Shown here one piece after another: positions 13,821 through 43,375 of a stretch of 64,000 nucleotides of DNA. Location: positions 86,228 to 150,227 of the forward strand of contig NIVC01002676.1 in the NCBI GenBank assembly GCA_002269645.1, in the 5' to 3' direction. The notes below the pieces were generated by a model. It was not told where the DNA came from and did not search any database. It saw only the letters and a list, made by a program, of their open reading frames with translations. The position numbers and the translations under genes were made by a program. Every line of letters begins with the position of its first letter. Within the stretch, counting starts at the first letter, position 1. The DNA comes from Macrostomum lignano. Lineage: Eukaryota.

Positions 13821-15084
13821 TAGGTAATCGTAAACCAAATAGCCAAGTATTGACTTAAAGGCTTGCAGGAGTTTTTCCCCAACTACAATCGTACTGCTTG
13901 GAGTCCGTCTTCGAACTGAGAAATCGACTCTGGCGTTTTGAATAATCCTGCTGTCAAGCTTGAACTTTGCATGACGTGGCCAAATAACTTGAAACTTTAA
14001 ACCAACTAATTTTTAATTAGCTCGCTCTCGTTCAACTTCATGGAAAGGCAAAAAAGCTCATTTAGCTTTGCGCAATTAGGATATTATAATTTTTAGTGAA
14101 ATTGCACTTGAAAACAAGCATTTGCTGCTCGCTAGGGCTTGCGCCAATTTCGCATGGGTGGAAAGCAATTCCAATCGAAACGAGAACAACCCGAAAGACG
14201 CAATTCCTCAATGCAATCATTCTGCAAAAAAGAGCGACCGAGCGAGGTATGCACCGGTGCATGGGCCTTTTTTTACCCGCCCGCCCCTTCGAATGTTGTC
14301 GGCCTGCATGAGCTGCAGTGGCTTGGGCTGTCTTGTAGCGATTTCGGTCGTCACCAAAAAATGAAGCCCCCACCAACAAGCTATAGCTTTAGCATCAAGA
14401 AGAAGCAGAGCTGGTGCGCCGCGTGGATTGGCCTGAACAGACGCGCAGACGGACGGAGAACGCAGAGAGAGAGCGTTCGTTCTCTCTGCGCAGTTGGAAT
14501 TTAGCTAGGCCAATTGGAAACTCCCAGCTTGATTCCAGCATTTCTCATGAGAGGAGAGAAATAAAGAAAAGTCGAATATAGATACACAGCGCCGGGTGCC
14601 CATATAATGGGCCAATCTCTCCTACTTATAACACCAGGTCTATGGAGCTTTTTTGCGCCCCCACTCTGTGCGCGCTCGATTTCAAACTTAGCAACCTCCC
14701 TTCCTTCATAGTTTGCATTCCCATGCTTTCCATTCCTGCCTGGAAGAAAAGCAAACCAGCTAAATAAGAGGCAATTAGAGCAGCAGAGGGGCTGAGCTGG
14801 TTGGCTGCTCCCGGCGCAGCTTGGCTACACCAGGCGCCTTTTTAAAAGGCCGCCCCTTCCTCAGTCTGCTCGGCCACTTGCTGGTAAACCCACTCGCCTT
14901 GACGACCGGCCTTGTAGCTTCCCTAGCTAGTGCCCTGTAGGATCCGTGCTTGCAACTTTACCGCACTGGAGACGGCTGCTATTTTTTTTATTAAAATACA
15001 GCAGCCGGGCTGCAGATTGTAAGCCATTCTACAGTGTACAGCGGGACGCTGAGCTCTTCGAACCTGACAACTGCCCGGCCCTGT

Positions 15085-15860
15085 GGGATCACTGTGAATC
15101 TGATCTTTGTGATCACTGTGACACAGCCCATGTGTGATCAATGTGAATCTGATCTTTGTGATCACTGTGACACAGCCCATGTGTAATCAATGTGAATCTG
15201 ATCTTTGTGATCACTGTGACACAGCCCATGTGTGATCAATGTGAATCTGCTCTTTGTGATCACTGTGACACCGCTCATGTGTGATCAATGTGAATCTGCT
15301 CTTTGTGATCACTGTGACACCGCTCATGTGTGATCAATGTGAATCTGCTCTTTGTGATTACGGTGACACAGCCATTTGTGATCAATGTGAATCCGATTTT
15401 TGTGATCATAGTGACAGCTCATGTGTGATCAATGTGAATCCGCTCTTTGGGATCACTGTGACAGCCCATGTGTAATCAATGTGAATCTGCTCTTTGTGAT
15501 CACTGACACCGCTCATGTGTGATCAATGTGAATCTGCTCTTTGTGATCACGGTGACACAGCCATTTGTGATCAATGTGAATCCGATTTTTGTGATCATAG
15601 TGACAGCTCATGTGTGATCAATGTGAATCCGCTCTTTGGGATCACTGTGACAGTCCATGTGTGATCAATGTGAATCTGATCTTTGTGATCACGGTGACAC
15701 AGCCCACGTGTGATCAATGTGAATCCGCTCTTTGTGATCACGGTGACACAACCAATGTGTGATCAATGTGAATCCAATCTTTGTGATCACAGAGACACAG
15801 CCCACGTGTGATCAATGAATCCGATCTTTGTGATCACTGTGACACAGCCTGTGTGATCCA
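15085..15860. repeat. Minisatellite, about 49-bp unit (GTGATCACTGTGACACAGCCCATGTGTGATCAATGTGAATCTGATCTTT)
   Basis: Seen directly, about 16 copies. Confidence 0.93.
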
Positions 15861-16834
15861 CTGTCACAGTGCTGTTTGATCCGTGTCACTGTTCTGTGTG
15901 ACCAATCTGACAGGAGATGTAAAAGAATCGGAGTTACCCTATTAGTCAGTTACTAAAGAATCACCATGAGGACATCAAACTAAAGCAAAATGGCAAACCA
16001 TTCCCAAATACTTTTAAGTGCCATAACACAGGATTCAAAAACAATAATCTAAACGGACACATATATTTCAGACAGGACAATACGGAAGAGACATTGCTAA
16101 GCGGTGAATTGCAGTTTTTCTACTGGATCGCGGCAGCAGCAACAGCAACAGACTAAAGCAACAAAAAAGCGTCAAAAAACTTATCAACTGTTTAAAAAAT
16201 AGGTTTAGTGCTTATTGCAGTCTACTAGAACGCAAGTCTAGTCAGTAGTGATAATCGAATTGGAACTGCTAAATAGAAGGAATCCGTCGAAAAATGATAA
16301 AATCGATTGTGTAAAATAAATCTGTTAAAAATCAAAGCAGTTGAAGACTCATTCAACTAATTAACTATTCGTTAGTGTCGGAAAGTAACGCATTAAAGTT
16401 TGCTTGATTAGAACATTAAAATACCAAAATTAATAAATTGAGGGTAATACGAATGACTAGCTAATTATGTCGGATTGCACTGAGTCACTGAATTATTGAT
16501 TTTTAAAACAACAAAAATACTAGATAATAGAAGAATGATGCGTTCAAAAAATAGAACAATAGCCGCTGTTACACCCTGTACAGGGAACTCGGGAGACATG
16601 GGGTGACAGCAGGAAACTTTCTTGTGTTCCAACAAATTTGAAAGAAACTGATGCCATTTTAAAACTCGTGTCAAGTTGTGACGGATTTATTCAGCTTTAA
16701 ATTGAGTCCAAGTTTCTCAAATTAGTTCTTGTCTCCTGAGTTCCCTGCTCAGCGGGTCAACGCGGAATGGATCCGGAGGTTTCTCCAGTCAAGTAGCAAA
16801 ATAGCCAACTAAATTGTAGACTCGTTCATTTTCT

Positions 16835-17198
16835 GGCTATGTTAAACATTTCTTACATAGCGAGATGGCTATGTTAAACATTTCTTACATAGCGAGATGG
16901 CTATGTTAAACATTTCTTACATAGCGAGATGGCTATGTTAAACATTTCTTACATAGCGAGATGGCTATGTTAAACATTTCTTACATAGCGAGATGGCTAT
17001 GTTAAACATTTCTTACATAGCGGGATGGCTATGTTAAACATTTCTTACATAGCGGGATGGCTATGTTAAACATTTCTTACATAGCGAGATGGCTATGTTA
17101 AACATTTCTTACATAGCGAGATGGCTATGTTAAACATTTCTTACATAGCGAGATGGCTATGTTAAACATTTCTTACATAGCGAGATGGCTATGTTAAA
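16835..17198. repeat. 32-bp minisatellite with an internal inverted repeat, about 11 copies
   Basis: Unit GGCTATGTTAAACATTTCTTACATAGCGAGAT; period 32 (16835, 16867, ...). Confidence 0.95.
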
Positions 17199-17588
17199 CC
17201 TGAGTTAGATGTTGTGCTACTTGACTGGAGTTAACTTATAGAACCGATCAGTTTACACCTCTGTTATCTGGGCCTAGTTAATTATACAATCAAGACAAAT
17301 AATTATTCCTTGTTAAATATTGAACAATTAGCTAAATTATTAAGAGAAACGCAGACACTGCACAATAGTCAAATTATCATTGTCTAAAAATTCACAATTC
17401 TACTGCATAAAAATTCCGTTTATTAAAATCAAGAACCACGCGCACACTACTTGCCTAGTGAAATGTTTACAATTCAACTTCAACATGATATTTTTGCAAC
17501 AAAAACCAGCTGCAATAACTTTGCAAAAAACTTCTTTTAGTTCAATCTCTTCTGTTAGATGCCTCTCGCACTGATTTATTCTGTCATC

Positions 17589-35025
<17,437 letters not shown>

Positions 35026-35809
35026 CTATATAGGCCTATCACTGATCACTCATTGACTCGTGAACAGAGCCACTTGTCTAAAGTAAATATGATGAAAAAG
35101 TACCAGTTCAGACGTTCTATCTAATACAAAAAACAAATTTAGAACTATAAGGCCTCGTATAGCAAAGCAGTTACATATATGAAGTACTTAAAAAGTTCCG
35201 AATTATCAAATTCGAATCAAATGAAGCGAACGTTGCAAAAATTAGCGCGATTTCTATTCTTATCAGTAGTTTGTATTAGAAACAAAAGAAATTCCGTACA
35301 AAACCTTTATCCACATCTTTAGCACAAAAAATTATAATACAATCATCTGCATTTGTTTATGATATTAAATATGCTAACTAGATTTCTAATGGCATATAAT
35401 TTGTTTAACTGAACCGAATTTCCACTGCTTGAACCAGAATAAAAGAGTGAATGCGCTACGAAGTCAATAAAACTGAACACTTCCTAAAATTACTCCATAG
35501 TTTTAGGTGCTATGCGCTTTCCATGCATCGAACTGTGCTAACTGAAAACTATATATTTTTATAACTATATATAAGGAACAGAGAATGTTTTACTATGAAA
35601 CCTTATCTTGACATTTATACTCTCTTACAGCGGTTTCTGTCATACAATATCGTAAAATGATATTTTAGTTTTCAATTTAACTGTATAAAAATTCTTACTT
35701 TGTAAATAGTGTTGATTGCAATTAAGGACTTATTTGTCATACTTGTCGGTCGATGTGTCGAGCTTATGTACGTGTACCAGTTCGATTTCTAGTGCCCCCC
35801 CCCCCGACA

Positions 35810-37112
35810 ACAACAAACAAATTACGCAGCCCCGCATGTAAGATCACAGTTATAGCAGCGTGCGTCAGATGGCGCGCTGCAGAGCCTGATAGCGGACGAA
35901 GTCCGCCCCGTTGACAGTGTCGGGCGCCCCGGCGTCGCGTTGAAGGCAGTCCACGCATCGACCAAGGACTACTTAAGTACAAACGTTACTTTAGTCGTCC
36001 TTGGTATCGACGGGTTTGGGCCCTGCAAGGTGAGCAGCAGGACGTCCTAAACAGGTTGGGGGCAGTAGCCCCCGGCCCGGATCACGTGGCCCGCCAGTTG
36101 AAGTCGCCGATGGCGCTGCAGCTTGGCCCGATCGTACAGGGCCTCGGTACCGACGCTCTCGTCAGCTTGAAAGGCCGCAAGACGCAGCCCTGAGTGCGCC
36201 GAGTCCAACTGCCGCTCTAGCGTAGCCGTCAGCGTCTACGTCTCGGCGGCGTTGTATCGGCGTGGACGGATTCGACCACCGCCTGCCAAAGCCGAGCCCT
36301 CTGGCGGTCGAGCAGCGCTTCGGACTGGACGACGGCCCAGATCGAATGGAAGACCGCCCAGGAAAGTCCGCTGGGATGTCCGCCGGTACAGTCAACACCT
36401 CTGTCTTCAGCGTGTTGACAACGAGACCGCGACGCTCGATGCCACCTCGACCAGCCTGTCGATGGTGCTGGGCGCCTTCAACGGACGAGGACAGGAGGGC
36501 GAGGTCTTCGGCGTAGCCCAGCACTCTCAGGCGCTTTTCGCAGTGGCGGCGACTGATACGTCTGCGCCGAAGCCTTCGTCAGCCGAGGGGAGTGCGGTCC
36601 GAAGCACCCAGTCCAGCAGCAGCACGAAGAGGGACGGCACCAGCGTGTCGCCCTGCAGAACTCCTGATGAAGTGTCGAACAGGTCAGACAGGCAGTCCGC
36701 CGTCACCACAGCAGCTCGAGTGTCGCGATACAGCGCCATGACAGCGTCGATTAGCTGCTGGGGCACCCGGTAGGCTCGAAGGACAAAGGAAAGCGCGGCT
36801 CTCAACACCGAGTCAAACGCTTTTGAAAGTCAACGAAGACAATGACTGGCGGATGCGCGCCTCCTCGATGACACGGCGGAGTGCGAGGATCTGTGTCATT
36901 ATATACCGCGTTGCGGCCAGAATCCGTTCTGCTCGTACCGCAGGTACGGGTCCAGCATTGACTGCAGAAGATAGAGCAGCAGCCGGTTTGAAAAACTTCG
37001 CGGTGCAGGACATCAATGAGATCCCGCGGGGTCTTCTTTCCGACGTTCGAGTGCCCCCAATTGCACACTCTACTGATGAGGACGCACTTTTTCCCAAATC
37101 CCGCGCTAGCAC
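35810..37112 (-). mobile_element. 5'-truncated, degenerate non-LTR retrotransposon (RTE-like RT)
   Basis: Frameshifted RT motifs RGISLMSCTAK, QILALRRVIEEAR, VIVFVDFQK(AFDSV), GVLQGDTLVPSLFVLLLD, LGYAEDLALL (YADD motif), GLVVNTLKTEVL; (TTG)n-like tail near 35810-35825. Clade assignment is from recall. Confidence 0.85.
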
Positions 37113-37617
37113 ATGGGCTCTAAACTTACTTGCCTACTAACAGTGGGCAGTGGGCATTTTTATCCTTTTTCTGCGAATTGTCATAGAATCTATACTAGAT
37201 ATAATGTCTGGCCATACTAGTAGTCATAATAACATAGGCGTAGCTTTTTGGGTCGTAAATCATCGCTTCCGAAGTTGGTCTGACAGCCACCTGCGCCTCA
37301 CTCAGTGTTGAAGCGGGCGCCAGATGGTCTGAGAGGATGCGGGCGGTAGCTTTTTTCTCATCATTTTGACAGGCCATCAAGATTTATGAGGTCAGAGCCT
37401 ATTGTTCGGATTCACTCAAGCGTGTGACAGCTTTGACAGCTATGCGTTTTACCCCTAAAAGTACCTTGGGATTAGCGATTAGCGATTTCTCTTCATTATC
37501 TTCACTTTCTATTTAATAAGAGCTTTCTAATGTATATTTTTTCATTAATTTCTGTCAATCCTACGCGAAAAGTCATAAATCATTTTGTTGCGATTTTGAG
37601 TGATTTATGGCCGCACC

Positions 37618-38979
37618 TGTCATCTTTTTACGACCCTGTGGGAACTGATAGGATCTCTCGGTCACGTGATTCTGGGTAGCAACGAGCTTAGCCAATCAGA
37701 AAATTCGGCGCTCATTTTAACAAAACGGCTCAGCCAATCAGAATCGACGTGTTCCGTTATAACAAACTGCGGTCCAGTTGGCGGCTATTTAAACCGGAGT
37801 TTTTGGCCCGCTCGGACGCAACTTCTTCTTACTTTGGCTCGGGCCCAGCGCGCAACTTCTGGTTCCCGGAGCACGACCGTCGTTTCTTGATCCCCGGATT
37901 GCAACTTCCCCCATCATCATCAAGGACGAGTCCCCCGGTCGACAGCAGCGAACATCCAGTTAAGAGCATCACCTGCTAGCTAACAGCGAAGATTGTGACA
38001 GCATCATCCCGAGTCTACAGCTGCAGAGCATCGAGCCGATTCGGTCACTGTGGAATACCTGGTCTCCGGCTGTTGAGTTTCTGATTGGTTGGGTGAGAGG
38101 CTACCTAGACTTGCTTGATTGGGTGATCCCTTTTCTGTCCCCTGTTGCAGTAGCTGAATTAGACGCACACTTTTGCTCATTTTGTTCAGTAGTGCTGTTG
38201 CTGAGGCAGGAATCATTCAATAATACTGCTAGTAGTCTAAGACTCCAATTCAATCTAAAGTGTGAAGTGAACTAAGGAGAAGGTTAAATCTAACAGTTAT
38301 CTTTGTCGGCTTTATTTCTTTGTTCGCCGATGGCTCAGATGAGTAGCTAAGCTAGTAGGCGCCGGTCACAGTGGACCAATGGCAAGGCAGTTCTCAGTCG
38401 ACCAATCTAACGAATCAGTGAGCAAAACTGCCAAAAGTGCAGAATCGGCGCCAGAGATGTACTTTGTGCACTCTAGGGTAGCCAAGCGGCTCGGGTAAAT
38501 GAATCATGCGGTCTCTGAAGTTCGAGTTAGCCTATCATCAGCGCTATGAGAGGCTAGTTGGCGCGTTGAAGGCTAAAAGTACATATCTTCGTATTTAGCA
38601 ATGTAATAGTACATGTAGCTACCCCATAGACTCGCCACCGCAAGAATCCCCTGCACAAGTCCCCTCTGTACCTGCATGGCCAACGCGATCTAGTCCCAGC
38701 AGTGTCCCTTATCATCGGCTATGACTTCGAGATTGACAGCAAAAAGACACTAGTTGGCAGGTAAGTGCAAAGCCCCTTCTAGTCGGAAGCCCGATTTCGA
38801 GAGTCCCGGTGTGGTGAGCCAGGGCGCACGGGCTGGTGGCAGCAAGTTAGTTGATCTGCGGATTAGCTAATTTCTACTTTCAAAATTCTCCCTGCTCGTC
38901 TCTCGCTGTCCCTCTCTTAGCTATAGGACCTAGACTGCTCGCCACACGATCAAGCTACCATGGGGCTGACCATCTGACA
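37618..38979 (+). mobile_element. LTR-like element (putative solo LTR)
   Basis: TGTCA...TGACA termini; two AGCCAATCAG boxes (near 37690 and 37733), TATTTAAA near 37786 and a pyrimidine-rich start region. No matching TSD found, so boundaries are uncertain. Confidence 0.4.
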
Positions 38980-40706
38980 GGAGTGGGGGGCCAGGTCTCT
39001 AATTGATTTATTTCTGAGACCTGAGGCTCGAAGGCTTCCCTAACAAGGAGCCCGAAGGTCGAAACCCATCACTACCTCGTAAAAGTAAATTCCAATAAAA
39101 AAAGCACCGAAAAGAAGATATTATTTTCATTTTTGTCTTTATTAAGTAGGAAAACTTTGCAATTTCAAAAAAAGTTATACATTTATACAAAAGCTACGAC
39201 TATATAGTAATATATTACTACATACATATGTATATGCACGTCGTGGTACTACAAAAATCGCTCGGAGTATTAATCAGCTTCTTGTTCGATCGTTGTTTGG
39301 ACTTTTGGAGCATGTAAGAGTTATATTACAGACAACCGAGACGACATATGGTTGAATGTCTATACGCTCGTAGAAGTCACATGATGGTTTTTAATCTCGA
39401 GTTTAAACTGCTGTGCAGTCGAAGGAAAGATAAATAATAGAAAGAAAAGCGACTTATTAATAGGCAACCAAAAAATGCATCACAACTTTTGAACACAGCC
39501 GATTAAGCATAAAAAATTGCTTTCGCATTGAAAAAATTGCCGACACGTCAATTCTGCAGTTTGAGTTGCTTTTTGTTTGTCTCGATATGCATATCCAAAA
39601 TTCTGTACAGAAGCAGCCGGCAAGTGGGTACAAAATTTAGCACGGAAACATTATAAAGAGAATTATAATTTATGTAGAGTCTTTGCGCAGATAGCTGTGA
39701 ATAGCTGCCTTTTCAACCTAGTCAGCTATTGCAGGAAAGCGAAAAAGCTATAACCATTCAGGAACCACTCGATCAATCCGGCCGCGCCGGACAGAGAGCC
39801 GCGGGACGCGATTCCGGCAGCTAAAAGTCATTCAGGGTGAGTCAAGGACACACCCCAGGATTAGTGCACAAATGGTTAGCGTATTAACTTGATCAAACAA
39901 TGCGTCACCTTGACTATGCAGTACCCTTGAATCGTAGGTTCGCCGCTGCTTGTTTTGCTTCTAGGAGATCGGACAATACCCTGTACAGCAGGAGCAGGAC
40001 TTAGAAGACTGGCTGTAGAAGCCATGTGAGACAGCGCGGTTATCGTTAGCACGAGTGTATTGGGGGGGGGGGGGGTAGGGGATATTTTGCGGTCGAGAAG
40101 CAATGCACAAATTCTGCGCCGCATGCCTCCAGTGCTAAATGCATAAGAGCTCCAGATCAGCTCTTGCGGCGTGGTCTGACAAGTCATTTTAGGGATTACC
40201 CTGTGCAGCGGGTAGAGATCTGGCTGCTATTGCTCACAGCTGGGTGGGGCTTCCGGCAGGAGTTCAGAGCCGGACTCTGGCGCTGATTCTCTGGCTACTC
40301 ACAGTTAAATAGTCCACTAAACCGGATACTTGGGAATATGTATAAGAGCAGCCTTTTGTTTAATTAATTAGCTGGCTAATTGGATTTAGCCACATGAATT
40401 TGAGTAGTTTTAGTTTCTCTCCTGTAGGAGAGCCTGCCCCATTAAAAATGCTATGACAACTGGAAAAATGGAGGAAATTTGTACTATTATGAAGCTACCG
40501 TAGTCAATAGATACGAGCGTAGGCTGCAGTTAAAACAAACAGTTCGTGTATCAAGACTCGGTGTAGCGCGCATTGTCTCGCGTCAGTTGCTGGGGTAAGC
40601 TCGGGGCTCTGCCGCCGTCAGTATGATAGTTGCCTATGAAGGAGCCCTCCTCTGCGTACTCACCTGAAATCCAGGTGGGAACAATTTACACGCATTTAGG
40701 CTTGAC

Positions 40707-43375
40707 TCAATTGTGCTCAAAATCAATATTTGAAAAGGTAATATTATTCTCACGATAGTCGATTTCCTCTACGCTTGCTCGAGCAGAGCTCTCCTCGGAA
40801 AGTCCGCTGACGAGGGAGAGCTTGTGCGCGTACTGGTTGGTCTCCCACATTCCATTATGACCGTCATGTTGCTGTTGATATTCGCTGAATACCTCAGCGC
40901 GAGCCTCCGCCTGGGGATTGTAGCCACGTCTGAGCTCCTGCTGGGCTACCTGGTAGGTGCGCTCGGATTCTCTAGTTGCCATGCGGATGCCGATAGCTAG
41001 GCCAACGAGCAGCAACAGCGATACAACAGTGACTGCCAAGATTTGAGCGCTAGCGCCAGCTAATTGATTCTGAGAGGCCTGAGGCTGTTTTAAGCTCAGC
41101 GCCACCGTGAGGTCCCGCAGCTGGTCATCGGCATCGAAGTCGGTGGAGTAGAAGCACAGAGAGTCCTGTCGGCAGTCGTAGGCGAGCACCGATTCCCCAG
41201 GAACCGCTGGTGGCTTTCGCATCTCCAGGCTACCGAGACTCACGGATGGCGGATAGCGCAGGTTGAATACCGGGGTGACATTCTGACGGTCAGCGAGTTC
41301 CGGACCAAGGGACGGGTGGATCCAGATGGCCACTCGGCCTCGAGAATTGTCAGTTTCCAGGGTGCAGGCCGACCTGTCTTGCAGAAGAGGGGAGCGGGGA
41401 ACAATGGTCGCGAGCCCAGCTTGAGAAAGAGTTGCAGCTCAACGCCAACTCTGTTGAGATAACTGATTATTTCATCCGATAGACGGAACTCAAAAAATGT
41501 GCCGTTGTTTTGATTGCAGCCTTGCGCGGAGCAGATGTCAGTTATATTAATGATAAAATCTTGTATTTTTAGCCTTCTGATAAATACAACGTCACTGCCA
41601 GAACTTCTGATATAGTAATCTGAGGCGCCAATCCTTTGTGATTCGGAGGAGTTCACGGAAGCTTTGCACTCAAAATGGTGACTGAAGTTGGTGCCCAGTG
41701 ACGGATTAGCTGGGGGAACGCGAATCACGTCCATTGTCAAAGTTTTACTTGAAGTCGAAGTTGAGGTCGTAGTCACGCTCATCCAACTGTCTGCACTTGA
41801 AACCTTCTGGCGAAATGCCTTATCTGTTAGACGGTCCCACTTCACCTTGTCGTTACTAACTATAGGCATGTAGAACGTTGGCTCCAATGCGACCGACTTC
41901 AATCCAGAAAACGTCACTGTACAGCTGTAGGACGGAGATCCACCCTCCATCGCGAACACCTTCTCAGGCAATAGACCGGAACTATCAGATTTTGAACTCC
42001 CGCCGTGGCCAAAATTCTGAGCGAAGTGCGGCATCGAGACCACAGTGATGTCAAACTCGAAGCGCTTTGATCCAGCCTCACATCTGTATATCCCGGAATG
42101 AGCACCGGACACCGAAGATGTAAACTCGATGATATTGCCAGTCTTTGACACTCGAATTCCATCCAACAGATTCCATTCCTCCTTCTGCGACGGCATCAAG
42201 GGTTTTCCATCGCGATAAAACCGGTAGACCTCGCTCATGTCGCTACACAGAATGGGACAGACGATGGCATTGTTGTCCATGCCGGTCATCAGAGTCACTT
42301 TACTGGCAACGTTCGGCACTACTTCGCAGTTTCGAGACACCACAGTGCTGTTACAGCCCAGGTATGAAACTTCTCCTAGAGGAATTCTTAGTCTGACGGG
42401 ACCAGTGCTCACGTAGGGCTCTGAGTCCCCAGTGACGGATGCGATGGTACAGATTCCGATTGAATACTGAGGCTTGCAGTCTTGAAAGAAAAGCTGGACC
42501 TCTCTGCTTAGGCCGCATGTTGAAAACCAGAGCTTGCCGTCTCTCAAATTCAGGTATAGCAGCTTGGCGTGGTTTTTATGCATCGAATCCATTTTTGAGT
42601 GATAATTAACGATGAGAATGGACTTGCCCAGCTGGTAGGTGATGCAAGATGACGAATCGAAGTACAAAATCATGCCCAGATTGAGCTTCGCCCTGAGAAA
42701 CTCCGGCGCTTCAGCAACCAGTCCGACGATCTCGGAGCTAAGAAAGTCGACGCTGGAAAAGGTATCATTGTTGCTGAAAATGTTGGTGGCGAATCTGGTT
42801 GCATCCCGGGTGAGAAAGCTAGGAGTGTCCGAGTTCGCATCGACTAGCGCCCGCGAAGGGACAGCCGTGATGGGATCGAGGTTCCAGATGCGCAGCGGTC
42901 TGGACACGAGAAGGCCGGTGGAAAACTCTACTAGGACGAGCAGCTCCAGCGCTCCATTGAACACGTCCTGCCGAGCAAGGCCGGACTGCCCGATGTACAG
43001 ACTGTAGTCTACGTGGCTTCTGTCGCTCAGCGATATCCTGAATGGTAGAGAATCTGGGCAGCGAGTTGCCGCAGTGACGGCCGCTCCAACCGAGCCAAGG
43101 TCGACCGTGTCCGAGACAGCGGACTTCGGACACCGGAAAATCAGCAGGCGCCGCAGCCCGACGCCCGTGTCGCCGTGCACGCGCAGCCGTACGCCGATTT
43201 TGTTGCCGGCGCGAAGCACCGCCATAGCGTCGGAGTTGCCAACCTCCCAGACGTCGTCCCAGTTAAGTAGCAGCTTGGCAGATGAGGTGCACTCGAAATA
43301 TGGCGCTCGAGACCAGCTGTTAGCTGGGTAGGCAGCGAAGCAGAGCAATGCAATCAATAGCAGGCAGTTGTTCAT
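40707..43375 (-). CDS. Ig-domain single-pass receptor, copy A; intronless; one frameshift near 41390-41405 (pseudogene or assembly error)
   Basis: Signal peptide MNNCLLLIALLCFAAYPA; Ig motif IVC...YRFYRDG...HSGIYRCEAG; ORF 41333-40707 supplies the TM (ILAVTVVSLLLLVGLAIGI) and tail. ATG-to-stop is 2669 nt, one base short of a multiple of 3. Colinear with copy B. Confidence 0.8.

Noticed and set aside
14946-15860. Cys/His-rich CDQCESDLCDHC repeats suggesting a metallothionein or zinc finger
   Set aside because: The unit is about 49 bp, not a multiple of 3, and frames break every few copies.
16835-17198. CRISPR-like palindromic repeat array
   Set aside because: No unique spacers, no cas genes, eukaryotic context.
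39025-39090. Possible hammerhead ribozyme (CTAACAA...CCCGAAGGTC-GAAAC followed by AATAAA)
   Set aside because: The core would need CUGANGA but reads CUAACAA; stem II is imperfect and stems I/III were not found.
41380-41410. Programmed ribosomal frameshift in receptor A
   Set aside because: No X XXY YYZ slippery heptamer, and paralog B is continuous here; mutation or assembly error is simpler.
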